A stretch of 64,000 bases of DNA from Dicyema japonicum (GCA_011109175.1 RDEW01000004.1:1539067-1603066), one strand, 5' to 3'; counted from the first letter of the stretch, positions 36,930 through 53,449 are shown. The notes: generated from the letters alone by a model not told the origin. Numbers and translations: made by a program.

Positions 36930-37900
36930 CTAACTCTGGACAAGTCAATTCAGCGAAAGTCGAGTCTACACGCACCGCCATTTGTGATTCCAGACTATAC
37001 CCGTCGTTTATCTTCCAGTCTTGAATCCATCATAACTTGGTACTAGATAGTCGTCCACTTGATCCATGACGCGATTCAATTTTTTGTCATATTTCTTATT
37101 AATTATCTTCATTCTATTTTGAATATTCGTTAGTTTTGACCTGATTTAGACACTCCTTTGATCCAATGTATTTTCTAGGAGTAATCTTAGCTCCTTTTGT
37201 TCCTTTACAATCTTGGTACATCGGGACAAGTTTTATCTTTGCGTAGTGCTGGAATCTCGGTCATGATCATCTCATCAGCCGTAGAGAAAATTTTATCTTT
37301 AATGAAAGTCCATATCTTTTCAAAAGGAGTTCGTTATCAGTGTTTCCGATAATTTCATCAATCGAAATTTAATTGTTTTCTCTCCTCTGTGCGGATTGCC
37401 TTGTATATTCTCTCCTCTGTCACAGGATCTCATAACTGCGGATTTTTATAGAAAACGAGCGGACACTAATTTATAATCACTGTCAGTCTCGGTTTTTACA
37501 CACTATCTCGAACCACGTAGAGGTTGTTTTTCTTCTGAGCGGTATATGATGTAGTCTATCTTATTAAAGATGTTGATTATTTTTCCCGTGGAAACAAGTC
37601 TTCTTCCAGCCCATGAGTTTACGACGAGCGTGGAATGAAAGCAGGTGTTGCATAGAAAACACTAAATACTTTTCACCTGTGTTAATTTAGGATAGATTCT
37701 GATTCATCTTCCTTGCCGACTGATAAAAATCTCATTTTTTTGACTCCTACCTCCGTATTCCAGCCTCCTGCAACGAAGATTGAAGTTCTTTCATTTTTCT
37801 TTCAATTTATTGTAGAATCGGTAAAGCTTTTCAGGATTCCTCATGTGGAATAAAAAAGAAATGAAACAAAAAGGTAGTGGAAACTTATGCAGATTTTTCA
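36930..37900 (-). mobile_element. Degraded RTE-like LINE (EN C-terminus to RT)
   Basis: Reverse strand fragments NKIDYIIY, KDKIFSTA, QVDDYL..GFKTGR. Confidence 0.55.
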
Positions 37901-37929
37901 AATAGGAGATTTTGGAAGTAATTGAATCG

Positions 37930-39360
37930 CTATCAAATTAGAGAACATGAGGATGCGGCGAATTTATAACTTCATCGTTAAGTAGATTACGTCCCTGCAT
38001 AATTTTTTGACCCAAGAAATTGAAAAGGTGATAAAAGAACAGAATACTCTTGTAAAAACGAATGAATTGACTAACAAAATCAAAAGTTTAGCAAACAAAA
38101 AACTAAACAGTGTTAAACTCTTCAAGGCAGTCAATGAACATGCAACTTCCTTGTTTAATAATTATATTGGTTTATCAACATGAATTTGAATAATTATATT
38201 GGTTTATCAACATAAATTGACAAAAGTATACTAAGAATATTCGTGAATGGCTGGATTCACTACAAAGTTGCGAATAAAGAACGGTCACGTTTACCTCTAG
38301 ATATTCTTGGAAAAGAATTAGCATCAATCATTTACAAGAGTGAAAATATCCTTTTTCAAATTTAAAATGATCTCCAAATCAAGGCTAACAATTGATTGGG
38401 AAAGCAGGAATCTTTTGGATTTTAAATTTAACGATAACACATATGGCCACAATCGTGGAATCCTGACTAGAAAATACCGTATTGAGAATAAAGAAGATAT
38501 GAAAAAGCTAATAGAAGTACAACAGTACGAAATACTGGAAAAATAAAGAAAAAACATATGCATTTTATCTTATTCCGGAATCATGTCAATTCCCCCTATG
38601 AACTCTCAAAATACATCGCAACGCACCAAAAGTACGAGTGGAAACCGTGTCCAATAAGGCAGGCTACAGTGAACGACCGTCCTTGCCGACTCAACGACTT
38701 CCAGATCACTTAGTTAGTTGGAAACTTTTTCCTTTTCTTTTAACCTAGTGATCCTGGGTTAATAAAATAAATAAATCATTGCTAACGGCTGATCCATGGA
38801 AATAATTCCCCAAGATTTGAAAGAATACTGTGTTTTATACAATATCGTAGTGTGATTTTTGAGCAAAATGATACAAGATGTAAACATTGGAACTCGATAA
38901 AAAACAGTAAACTATTTAGCAACAAGATGTAAAAGAATGCTAAATAGTGCTTACATATGTCGCCATAATGAGGAAGTCTGATGCATACACCTACATCTGT
39001 GCTGCCAATTTAGAATAAAAAATCAAAAAAATTGAAGACTCACTCAGTACAATCAGTGAATTTGTAGAAATAAGTTTAGATACAACTATCGCATCTGATT
39101 CTAAAGTTGAGAACAAATATTTGTATTCGATAAAATTGAGAATACAATAACTTTAATAGAAGTGAGAATTATATTCTAACAACTGCTAAACAATGTCGAA
39201 GTCTAGAAAGCACACAAGTATAATCTCGTAGTAAACTACCTCGGATTAATACACAAAACAAAAGTGCATATAGTCCCATTAGTTTTGATTTGGGATTGGA
39301 TCGTCAGCAAATACTACAAACACTATTTAGATGCCTTGAAGCTCATCCTGTGAAAGCCTA
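37930..39360 (+). mobile_element. Degraded R4/Dong-like fragment interrupted by a family-A 3' end (38570-38785)
   Basis: LNSVKLFKAVNEHATSLFNNYIG, RHNEEV.CIHLHLC, KTHSVQSV; small internal tandem duplication at 38158-38218. Confidence 0.65.
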
Positions 39361-39889
39361 CATACAGTATGTCAAGATTAAGAAGACAAGATAACATTCT
39401 TAATAGATACAGAGATGAAATGCAAATTGGGAACGAAGATGAGAAGGAAGCAAATATTAAAGCCTACTTTGAGAATACTTCGAAGTTAGTGAGAGGCAGA
39501 ACGATTTGGGAACCAAGTCTATCGGTTTTATTGTTAACATGTTAGATAAGGTGGATAAGATAGTTGGTGACTCCTAGAAACTCGAAAACATAAGTGTCTA
39601 ATTAAGTAAGTATAACTTATCTTTTATTCGATTAAGACTAGAAACGTATGAACCATTATCTTTCACGTATATACATAATTCTAGATCAAATTTACCCAAT
39701 TTTGTGCCGGACGATATTCAAACATGGATACTTTTAGCATCAAAATCCTTAGTATTAAAACTTCGAGTTTCCCACGTTTCCCGAGCTTGAAATTCCGTCT
39801 TAATTCTCTAGAAAATAATTTGATTAAACTTATTTAAGTAACATAAATTTAGATAAAATTCAATACAAACAAATTTATTCTTATATCAA

Positions 39890-42437
<2,548 letters not shown>

Positions 42438-43153
42438 ATGTCTACTCCAGTCTGGTTATATGTACCTAATATCATTGGTTTCTGAGCTGTTTAAAAGTTA
42501 GGCTATTTAAGAATTCTACTTCTTTTTCTCTTTGTCTTACTATTCTCTTTCGAACTGCATTTTGGCTTCGATTCTTTATTGTGTTAGTATGGGTCTTGAT
42601 GCTCTGGACGGATATGCTGCTAGAGCACTGAACCAATGTTAATCTTAGTCTTCATTTTAGCTTCATTATTTGGCGCTTTTTTGGATATGATAACTGACAG
42701 AGTCACAACTATGTGTCTGATTTCTATACTTGTTGCGCTTTATCCAGAATTTCGATCACCTCTTCTGCTTAGCATTTCAATCGATATCGGAGGACATTGG
42801 TTGTTTTTCGCAGTGTAAATTTATTTATTTATTTTTTGTTCGTATCAAAAAGGGCAAAGTCACAAATCTTACTCTTCAAATTTTGTTTTGAAAATCTATT
42901 ATGGATCAAAAGCAGTTTTATTTGTAATTCTAGGTCGTTCTTTTTTCTTTATGTGCATTAAATGAATTGTTTTATATCAGTTTTTACCTAATTTTCTTCG
43001 AAGAGGGTTTCATTTGTAATTAAAATTTTTATAGCTCCATTTATTTTTAATATTTTGTTCAATGCTACTCTTCCATTCGCCGTGCTTAAAGCTCTAATCA
43101 CCGTGGTTCATATTCAGGTGGCGTATTCGATGGTGAGCACTAAAGTTGATTGA
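42438..43153 (+). CDS. CDIPT: Phosphatidylinositol synthase
   Basis: VWLYVPNIIGYLR, LDALDGYAARALNQ, GAFLDMITDR, LSISIDIGGHW, C-terminus PFAVLKALITVVH. Apparent frameshift in the T-run at 42523-42527. Confidence 0.88.
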
Positions 43154-43689
43154 TTCTAATGATTCTTTCTTTTATCGATTTTTTTCATTTTTCATGCTGA
43201 ATTTATTATCTTGAGAATAAAAATATTCTATTTAAGAAATCTAATTGATGGAAAATTAACAAAAAATAAAGTTAGTTGTTATGGCAAGGATTCCATTATG
43301 ATCTGAACACGAAATTTGAGTTACTTCTCATTATCGTAAGTCCAATGTTCTGGAAGAGCCATCGCGTCATTCTAGGCTCACCTTTCTGAGTCCGATTAAC
43401 CTGATCAACTTAGACGTACTCTGGCCACTAACGCCTGACGTCTCAATGGAGATCGACTGGAAAGCGAACCGGTGCTCAAGTTGTAATTATTGAATCCCGT
43501 TAGCATAATTGATGCAGAATTTCCTCTCACAATAAAGACTAAAATAAACTGTAGGAGCCACTGAGTGTAGTCAGGCATCCCAATCTTTAGAGAAAAAACT
43601 TCCGCTTATACTTTGGTTGCTTCGATAACAATCGCGTGGAATGTGAGTCGATTCATATTTTTCCTTTAGACTTCTTTTTTTTCCTGGAT

Positions 43690-44510
43690 TAATTTTGACC
43701 ATTTTTCCAATTCAGAAAATAATTTACCACTTTCCCATGGGAAGAGAGTGGTTTCGCCCGGTCTTCGATTGGCCTGAGCAAGTCCAAGCGGCTCGAATTT
43801 GACAGGAAATCCAGCAGCCTCAAGTCCCTAAGCAATAACTCCGTTGAGTACTGCGTGTCTTTGACTCCTTCCAGCACTCCTCCGGCAGGAAAGAGCGTGA
43901 AGACTTTTCGCGTCGACCATTCTTCACATCTACACCGATGGATCGTGCAAATATCCATTCCGAGGCTGCGTCGTCGTCCAATAGTGTCTTAAGTGAGGTG
44001 CATGGTAATGCTCTGAGCCAAGCTCCACTATCGTTCGACGATGCAGAAGCCAGACAAGCCAGACGATGCTGATCAAGCACATGTTTATCTCTTCTATGAT
44101 CTTTAAGCATAAAACCTTGTCCAATTCTCGTTGTTTATTAGCGTTCGTCGGGAATTCAACACCCACTCGCGTCCAGACTTCCCGAGCCATGCATACCACT
44201 GGTTCAGCGTCCGATCCGTTAATGTAGCGTAGGATCTGTCGTGTGAGACCACTGGAACATATGTCGAAGAAAGTAATACCGGGAGGGCAAGTTCTAGTGG
44301 TGAGCGTATTCCGATTCCTCCGTAACGAAGAGGTAGTTTGCATTGGATCCAGCCAGTTTTATCAAAGAAATGTTGAACGTTTCTTCAACGGCAGTCTTCA
44401 GCTTCTCGTCGATGACTCTTAAAAAATTCATGTCCGTGAAACATGGGGCTGTCTGTAAAAGAAAAGTGGCATAAAGTGAAAATTCCTGAGGAAGAATAAA
44501 TACATGTTGG
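43690..44510 (-). mobile_element. CRE-clade internal fragment
   Basis: CKLP..GGIGIRSPLELALP, ASSNDSGAWLRALPCTSLKTLLDD. Confidence 0.8.
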
Positions 44511-44544
44511 AGTCCAGGGTTTTCAAATTTGATATGAATTGTTG

Positions 44545-44835
44545 AAATTTTTTTTTATTTTTTTTTATTTTTTTATTATTTTTTTTATTTTTTTTTATTA
44601 ACAAATTTTTTTAACAATTAAACAAATGTCAGTTGAGGAAGCCTGCTGCATGGATTGCGAACGAGTTCCCTCGGAGTATGGCTATTCCGATCTTTTGTCT
44701 TAGTCATAACCTTCTCGTTGATCCCTTTTCTTTCTGGCAAGCAATCCTCCGAGTTCTTGCAAGAATTCAGCCGTCATTGGACCAACGGCTCCCGATGATT
44801 CGTCGCAACAGGAGTAAATCGGTAGCGGACAGGAG
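44545..44835 (-). mobile_element. CRE-clade 3' end with A-rich tail
   Basis: GAVGPMTAEFLQELGGLLA..RE..LRQKIGIAILRGNS, then an (A7-9T)n tail at 44545-44600. Confidence 0.75.
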
Positions 44836-44939
44836 TAATTGTTGAAATTATGTATTTTTTTCTTCCAAGAGATTTGACACATTATTGCAGTATAGAGGAA
44901 AGCCAAGAAAAATTTCGTTTTCGAGTCGGGTCACCTAGA

Positions 44940-45540
44940 CATCCTTAAGATAAGTAGAAATCGCAGTCACTGCATGGCCGAACTCTTCATCTCCGCAAGC
45001 AACATTAGGATTTCACATTTATACGGGTTCAGTTCAACCCAAGTCTCTCAAGTGCAGAGATGGCGGACTCGACTTCCGCCACAATAAGTTCCCAATTACC
45101 TTCGACCGTCATCCAGGTACCATAGGTTCAAAAGTTCGCATCGTCTATGTTGCACAGTCGATACCCAAGGCAAAGAGCAGGGCCAAGGGGGTCACCTTGT
45201 TGAACTCCAGTCTTGGATTCGATGATGTGTTGCCCGAATATCAGCGTACACGGGGAACCATATGCAAGTTTCATCATTCTGCTGATATTCTGTATTCTGG
45301 AGATGCTAGCTTCTATGATTCTATCTCTGCGAATGCTATTGAAAGCATTGCAGATGCCCAGTTTGACTATCGAGAACGCATTAATACGTGCTTTATGGTT
45401 GGTTGAATGTCACGTAACTCACCAAACTGGCGACATTTTAAAGAAAAGAGTTATACTGCTTCTATCCTACAAGGATGGACTGACAAGGACTGACTGTCTC
45501 TTTGTGGAGACGTCGAATCGAACCTCGGCTCCCTAAAGAT
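44940..45540 (+). mobile_element. Degraded RLE-type (CRE-like) fragment
   Basis: RDGGLDFR motif; remainder heavily decayed. Confidence 0.35.
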
Positions 45541-45599
45541 CATGCAAATAATATAAACGGGATCAAATATAAGATTATCGAAAAATATCGAATTGACGT

Positions 45600-48170
45600 C
45601 CATCTATTATAAGAATCCAAACTCAGAAGTGCGAACACAACTACAAAATTTCCTGGATACTCAGTTATCCGAGAGATAGATGTGGAAAACTTGGGGAGGC
45701 TTACTAACTATCATACGAAACGGGATCCCTTATGAAAATATCACCAAATACGTCTACAACCGCCTCCAAAACCATGAAAGTATCGAAATTCTGGCCACAA
45801 AAATCCAACTCCCAAGTTACGTCTTACTCTGATCAATTCATATCTACCTCCTTCATCATCAGCCACTTGCCCAAAACTTTCGTCGATCAATTCATTAAGG
45901 AACGTTTTTCTTTGCGGTGACCAAAATACAAACACCTCTGGCTGAGAGATTAGACGTCAAACAGGCGGAGAGACATGCTAATCGAAGACTTAAGAACCTT
46001 TTTCATCTAAACGACCCTAACTTTCACACAAGAACCTCTCAAGACAAAATGATAACCATCATTCCTTGATGTTTTAGTCGCGTCTCCCCTTCTGGCTTCT
46101 TCAATTTCATGGAGGGTGAAATAAGAAACTATGAGTGATCATAATCCGATCATTTTACAAATAAAAACAAGATCATATTATCGAAGGTCACTCTCTACTT
46201 TGATAAACTATAATCTTGCTGACTGGCCAAGATTTTCGAGCTATATTGACATGCAGATCAAGTTATCAACACTACATGCAGCCTCATTACTAAACAACAT
46301 CATAAAGCAGTTCTCTTGTTCATTCAAGATGCTAGAAAATTATATATTCCAATGGGAGACAACCGACAAACAGGCATTCAATTCAACAGCCAAACATTTA
46401 GTCAAAGAAAGAAACTATTTAAAAAAAAAAGACAGTCGAAAGGATATAATAAGAAGTCGTACACTAAACAAGGAGATTAATAAATATATCAGTAAAACAA
46501 ACGAGAAACGCTGGACAGAACTATCAAAAGCCCTAGCAAAAAATCCTCAGTACAGAAGGTCTTGAACAAAATCAAGTCTATCAAAAGGTCTTTTGATGAA
46601 CCGCAAAATGGGATATCATTACAACAAACACCTTAATGAAATAGTATGCTTCCATAGCACATAAAAACTACTCCAAAGAACACCAAGTATCTTAAACAGA
46701 ATAAAACCAAAAGGATCATACGTGTGGACCATATTTACGGCGAAGGACGTCCAGTGGGAATATCAAAGGCCCGAAACTCCAAAGCTCGAGGTCCAGACAA
46801 AATTTCTACAACGGAACTAAAGCATCTAGGACCTCTTGCTCTAGATTTAATTGCTTACATATTCACAATATTAATAAATATGAACATTATTTCGGATGTC
46901 TGGAAGGAGATCATACAGTCGAACCAATCTTGAAGCAGGAAAATCCGAAAATAACCGCCTCTTCCTACAGACTAATCTCGATCCATGTTCACTTTCCCGA
47001 ATACTCGAAAGGTTAGTTATTGAAAATATCAAAGACTACATCCCACCTCTCTCCTTTCTAACATGGATTCCGGGCTCCACAGCAACATGCCTGAACATCC
47101 TTGTGCCAGTTCATTGCGGAGGGATTCAATTCCACTAAACCGCACCAACGAAAGTTTGGTCTCTGTTGGTATAAACAAAGGCTTTTCGGACACAGTCTCA
47201 AGAAAACTCTTACTGAGAAAATTAACGATACATGCATCCACCCAAATATAAAACTATGGATTGCCAACTTCTTAAGTGGGAGACTTGGACAAGTGATTTG
47301 CCAATAACATAAAGTCAAAAAACCCCGTCTCCTACCAAAATGGAGTCCCTCAAGGCTCCCCACTATCACCCAACTCCTTCAATCTATACATAAACGACAT
47401 GCCAACAAAACCTGTAATGAAACTGTCTAATCCTCTCCTATGCCCAACGATATCATTCTTGCCTCCGAGAACAGAAGCATTCATCAGCGACTCAGTTGGC
47501 TCAACAAATGCTCGACAACCTGGAACTATGGCTCTCGAAGCGGAGAGACTCGACACATCAGCAGCAAAGTCCTTTGTCACACTGTTTACCACCTACAAGA
47601 GACAGCTCTGTATCGAACCAAAAGTCTTTATGAAGAACGAAGCTATCTCTATTAACAAAACACTAAAGATTCTGGGAGTAACCTTTGATCAGGGACTCAC
47701 TTCTGCTCTGAAGAAAGAATTTTAAAAGTGATATCAAAAACACTTAGAGACCTGCCACGTTTTATGAACAATTTATCTGACCCACGATAACGTATGCAAG
47801 TCCTTCGTGGGCAATGCAGATTTCACGATCCTCCTCATTGAAACTATCCGCAATCGAGGATACCGCAATAAGGATAATTGGACCAGAACACAAAATCCAA
47901 CCCATTGAAAATCTCTTAATCGAATTACAACGGAAACTCTTAAAGAAGGCTAGTTTACCGAGCAGCCCTCTATTCCATACACTATCGAAATATATACAAT
48001 CATACAGAAATTTTGAGCCGATGCCATGTCCAATTTGAAGAGCTGTTCAGGATTCTCGACCGCACCGGACTCGTCCTCTCCCTTGTCGGTCTGGGATCAC
48101 TTAGTTAGTTGAGAACTTTTTATTTCTTTCTCTTTGACCCAGTAATCCTGGAGGTAATAATAAAAAAAAA
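45600..48170 (+). mobile_element. Long family-A LINE (APE endonuclease plus RT), degraded
   Basis: EN motifs DR..GGLLTI, INSYLPP, SDHNPI; RT GPDKIS, GVPQGSPLSP, KILGVTFD; GIT-stop, 3' hairpin and A tail. Confidence 0.85.
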
Positions 48171-48174
48171 GTTT

Positions 48175-49000
48175 GACTATTATAGCATTCGTAGTTTCTG
48201 ACGGACTGGCAGCAAAGTTCCTGATTGAGTGGATTACTGCTTCGCATCCATGAGGAATTCCAACTCCAAGTTGAGTAGGTCTCAGTTGGGGACTTAGAGT
48301 CTGGCTCGCTGCTCTAGCAGCAATCTTCGCCGTCAGGCGCCTAAATACGTTGCCTATGGCGATGGGTCAAAACCCACCACAAGGCTTTCTGAAGGCAATC
48401 AGTTTGGATGCAAAAAGGAGTCCTCTGGCATAGTCGGAGATATCATCCCGAAGAATGGGGTCTGTAAGGGTCTTTATTGAATTAATGAAGGAATTTCCCA
48501 CATCGGCGGTTGTGGAAGAAATAAGGTCTTTCATATGGCTCGAGCGTATGCCGTCCTAGCCAGCACTACTGATTCCTGAGAAGATGAAATAGCAGATCGT
48601 ATATCACCTGTGGTGGTTGCCAAATGTGAAATGTCCTTCTCAATTTTTGTCTCGCGTAGATCCGACAGGTTGGGTGTTGTTTTTGGATAATGAGTTCGAG
48701 GGTTTCTTTAGTTGGTATAAGAACCTTGACATTGCTGGAGAGCGTACGCAGGGCACCCCGAATGTTCCCGACCATGACCTTCTTATTCACTTCTTTGCGT
48801 ATATCCTATTTGTTTTTCTTGATCCTGGAGGATGAGGGCAAATGATCAGCAATCGAATGACTTCGCCCAGTGCAGTCGCCAGGTTAACAGTATCGCATTT
48901 AGAGGCATTTCTCTTGATGATTAAATTGAGGTTCCCTTATTTTCAGTTCGGTTGGATGTGATCCAAAGACAAGAGGTGCAAAGCAGAGAAGGTGTATTCA
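48175..49000 (-). mobile_element. CRE-clade RT N-terminal fragment
   Basis: ASKLIAFRKP.GG..PIAIGNVFRRL..PQL..QLGVGIPHGCEAVIH. Confidence 0.75.
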
Positions 49001-49299
49001 GGCATCTTGAATATTGTCATCGTCCTCCTTGGTAATTAGATTTCTCCACTGTCTCTGGAATCCTTAATCCATAAAAACTGAGGGGTATGCAACTATGAGG
49101 ATCGGGTTTATACGGCCGATACGTGCTTTTATGGGTTAATAGGAGGAGCATAGGGCCAAGATGAGGTCTCTGCTAAAGCGTGTTGGGATAACGTGAATAG
49201 TTCGATGCTACCGTGGTTTTTGTTATCTTTCATTTCATTTTAAGCATAGAGCTTTAATTTTTTTACATGCTGGACTTGGTTGATTTTGTTCTATTTAAT

Positions 49300-50560
49300 G
49301 GCAGACTCCTCAGATCACAAATGTGGTCGCTCTTCCTCAGTACTCATAATATTTATTTTCTACCATGAAAATATTTAGTACTGAAACAAACTATTTAACA
49401 AGTTTCCTCCGAAAATAAGTGACTCCAAATCAATACGGTGTACGAAGTGAACTTGCAAAGTTAAGATATGGGCATCACCTAATTCTCCGCTTATAGTCTT
49501 ATGGAATTGGGTAAACAAAAATCCAATCTGTCTGCCAAGCAACTCCGCTGAAGAGACAACAGAATATTTACTCATCTGCAGCCTTCGGGATCCTTACTGG
49601 AATAGTTTAAGAAGAACGACGTTCTCTGATTAAATTGAGAATTTATTCTTAGTCTAAAAGTGTGAATGTACTAGCCTTCATTTCTACCTGTCGAGAGCAA
49701 TGACATACTTCAAGTGCGTAAAAGGATGTCTAGGAGAGTCGGAAACAGCCGAAATTGGAAGAATTTCTGCAGTCTGAACGAGACATACTCTGTTTTCCAT
49801 ATTAATTCAGGATGAAAACTCTTTTTGGGGCACAATTTTTTGCGCGTTAATGTATTCTTTTATTATTTTTTCTTCACATCAGTGTATTACATATTTTTTC
49901 ATGGGAGTCTATAAAGTGAAATTGATTTTTTCTCAAATCCACCGCTTTTTCTAGTACAAAAATGGTTAATTCGAGTGTTCTTACTGTATACTTAAATTAT
50001 TCAAATTCGTCACCTTCGAAATTCTCAAATTGATTGATTCAAGAAAGTGTTAAATTTTAGCTGAATATATGGTTTCACAGAATCGAATTATTTTAAACGT
50101 TAATTTTTTTTAGAATTTTCCATTTTTAGTTTAACATCAAATAGAGCCCTCTTTTTCCTCACTCAGAATTACTAAGTGCTTCTTAAAATTTATGTTTGTA
50201 TTCTACGCATATACTCTCAAGCATTTTCTTTAGTGAATTGATCAATTTTTTGATATCCACAACACTTTTTACTGTATTTGCACCATTTCAAAGTTCTTAA
50301 AAATAGGATACTAAGCTATCGCAGGTTAGAACGATAATCAATGTCATCATTTTTGCTTTGTTAGTTATTTCTTGTTCACTAGTTAATAAATCGTAGTTAT
50401 GAAGTTTTGTCACTTCAACGGACTTCAAATTCTCCAAGAAGTCACTTTCATTTCGAGTTTCAATATATCACATTTACTTAATCCTATCATTATTGCAAAA
50501 AATATTCTGAAATCACAAATTAGAATCTTATCAAATCATATTTTTAACGATTCATTAATT
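49300..50560 (-). other. Possible orphan spliced gene
   Basis: Coding-like stretches (IETRNESDFLENLKSVEVTKL...; ORF 49375-49575); no coherent model. Confidence 0.2.
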
Positions 50561-50639
50561 TAATATCGATTATTAAATTTTTAATGAAATTAATTATGTA
50601 TATCATTGCAACAGTCTATATCAAAATAATTAAATCAAT

Positions 50640-50860
50640 ATAGGGAGCTCAAATCGCCATGCTGTTACCTCTGACAATAGCTATCGAGATTAGCTCTCGA
50701 AGCCATCCAGTCTCATTTAGATCCTTGGTGACCCTTTGGAACATTGAGCTGATCCGACGAACTAGATCAACCGCTTGTTGGGTTAAGGATTCCTAATGTC
50801 TCAACAGCAAATGGGACAAACAAGTAATCTGCCGAAATGTTTCAGTACTTCCTTCTGTTT
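50640..50860 (-). mobile_element. CRE-clade 3' end
   Basis: YLFVPFAVETLG...ETGWLRELISIAIVRGNS; homologous to 59700-59960. Confidence 0.75.
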
Positions 50861-51418
50861 ATTATTTCAATTTCGATTCGTATACTTTCATTCTTATGAA
50901 TAGAATTTAATTTATTATCCCCGGAATCAAAAGAAAGAGGACGAGATTTATCGTCAAGTTAAACGATTCTGGTGTTCTCCTGCCGTTAGTTTTGGAGTCC
51001 TGGATTAATCCCACAAAGAGGTTTCTTCTCGTATCTTGGGCAGACGTCGGATATTGTTAGGTGTAGTAAGATAAATTTTTATATGAAATATTGATGGTTG
51101 ATTTTCAGCCGTTTAAATTTAGAAAATAAGTTTGAAAATCAAATTAATTTAATGGGCAGACATTACTATCAAATTATAGGCTCGTTTAATCAATTTTAGT
51201 CGATTAAATTGGCATAACTTAAAATATGACCTTAACATTCAAACTTATACGTCATCGTTAAAACAAAAGATTTTACGTATAAATGTGTTCTTAAATTTTA
51301 TTTAAAGAAATAAAGCATTTATGTCAGAATGTGCGCTTTATTGATTATTTGCTATAGCGACGCTTAACCGTCACGTATAATAAATTAAATATGCGGGCGT
51401 AACCAAAAATATTAAAAG

Positions 51419-52601
51419 ATGGAGGCTCTGTATCAAAGTTTTAAAAAAACTGAATCAAAATGCTTGCTAAAGAAATATTTGACTCCAGAATTGTATAATT
51501 CACTCAAGAATTTAAAGACATCATATGGGGGAGAGCTTTCACATTGTATAACACCTGGTATTTCTTTCTAAATATGATAGGACTTGTCAATACTGACTGT
51601 TGCATTGGAATGTATGCTTGTGATCCCGAAGGATATAAAACATTTGGCCCACTTATAAACTTAATCATCAAAGATTATCACAAAGTTTAAAGATATTCAC
51701 TGATTTTTAGATTCCCGGAGAGATTAAGCATCCCAAACCAAATTTTGGCGATTTAAATAATTTGCCTTTCGGAAATCTGGACCCGAACAACGAATATGTC
51801 ATTTCAACACGAGTTAGAGTTGGACGTACTCTTGAAGGAAGACCTTTCCCTCCTCTGCTCACTGAACAAGTATTATTTTTTTATGGAATTTTTCTTAAAG
51901 AATAGAATGGATATGGAAGCTGATGTCAAGAAAGTGTTCGCAAAATTCACAGGCGTTCACGCAGGGAAGTATTATGCTTTATCAAGCATGACCAAAGACG
52001 AAGAAAAACAACTTATAGAAGACCATTTTCTTTTTCAAGATGATAACAAGTTGGCGTTCTAATAATTTTTAAGATTCCTTCGAGCTGCATGTGGATATAA
52101 TTTTTGGCCTTCTGGGCGAGGAATTTATCATAACGATTCTAAGACTTTCTTAGTTTGGGTTAACGAAGAAGATCATTTGAGAATTATTTCAATGCAGAAA
52201 GGTGGAAATTTGGCTGAAGTCTATAAAAGACTTATTGAAGTATTAAATTCTAATTTTTTGAGGGAGTGAATAAATTTGGAGAAAATGGAATGAACTTTGC
52301 ACATTCCGATAATTTAGGATACTTAACATATTGCCCAACCAATTTAGGAACTACGATTAGAGCTTCCGTGCACATCAAAATACCATGGCTTAGTTCTCAG
52401 CCAAATTTCAAAGAGATTTGTGAAAAATTGATGGTTCAACCACGTGGAGTTCATGGAGAACACACAGAAAGTGTGGGCGGAGTTTATGATATTTCAAACA
52501 AAAGAAGATTAGGAATTTCTGAGATTGATGTGGTGACTGAAATGGCTGAAGGAGTTAAGAAGATAATACAAATGGAATCATCTAAATCAGTCAACGTTTA
52601 A
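51419..52601 (+). CDS. AK: Phosphagen kinase, arginine-kinase type (mollusc/flatworm-like)
   Basis: Spliced: [111 protein letters not shown]; introns of 23-31 nt. Confidence 0.95.
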
Positions 52602-53449
52602 TTTCATTAATCTTCTAATTCTAACTTGTTTCGGTTTTACTTAACAGGATTTTAATTTTTTCTCAAAATATGGATTCTATCTGATTTTTTGTTTTCTATT
52701 ATCAATACCTGTCGATATTATATATAATTGGGCCATTGTGTCTAAGTGTGGTACTTTAGTAGCAATTATATTGACATATCGATTGAATATAAATATTTAA
52801 ATGGGTGATATTTTGAAAAAATACTGCATCTTTCATATTTTTCATGAATATATAGATTATCTTAAAAGTCTTATCTTTAAAAAATTATCGATTGTTGTTA
52901 TTCCTATCTTGTAAGTGTCTAAAATTTTACGTCAACCCTTAATTAATTATTAAGTCTACTCCATTCGCTTATACTGAAAAAACACAATGCAAGGAGCTTT
53001 TTTCAGAAAATATGTTTTACGATATTGAATGGTTACCACACTAAAGAACTGTGCCTACAGAGACTTATTACAAGCAACAAAAAAGAAAAGAGATTAAGAA
53101 CATTCTTGATGCCGTGGGCCCCTCCCTACAATCAATTATCATAACTGTTCTTTCCTTCTAGAGATGTACCCTGTTCAAGTGGAGATTTAGTATTGGAAAC
53201 ATAACTACGCTTATACGAATGGGCTATTATTATATTGAAGGACAATTTCAATATATTTTGAGTACCTTCGAGTTTTAATGAAAAATTTAATTTTTTTATT
53301 TATCGATAGACATAGCCAAGTAATTAATCAAAAGATTATCTTTGATTAATCAATTTAATAAAATAAGCTTAAGTCAAAACCGCATAAATTCCACATAAAA
53401 GATGACATTAAAAAATTAATACTGATGAACCCAATTGAAGGTTATTTAA

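Noticed and set aside
43260-43660. Possible snRNA, RNase P/MRP or SL RNA (also checked 28830-28990)
   Set aside because: No diagnostic motifs (Sm site context, U1/U2/U5/U6 cores, P4 helix) recognised.
44545-44600. Independent (T7A)n microsatellite
   Set aside because: Sits directly after a CRE stop codon on the minus strand; it is the element's A-rich tail.
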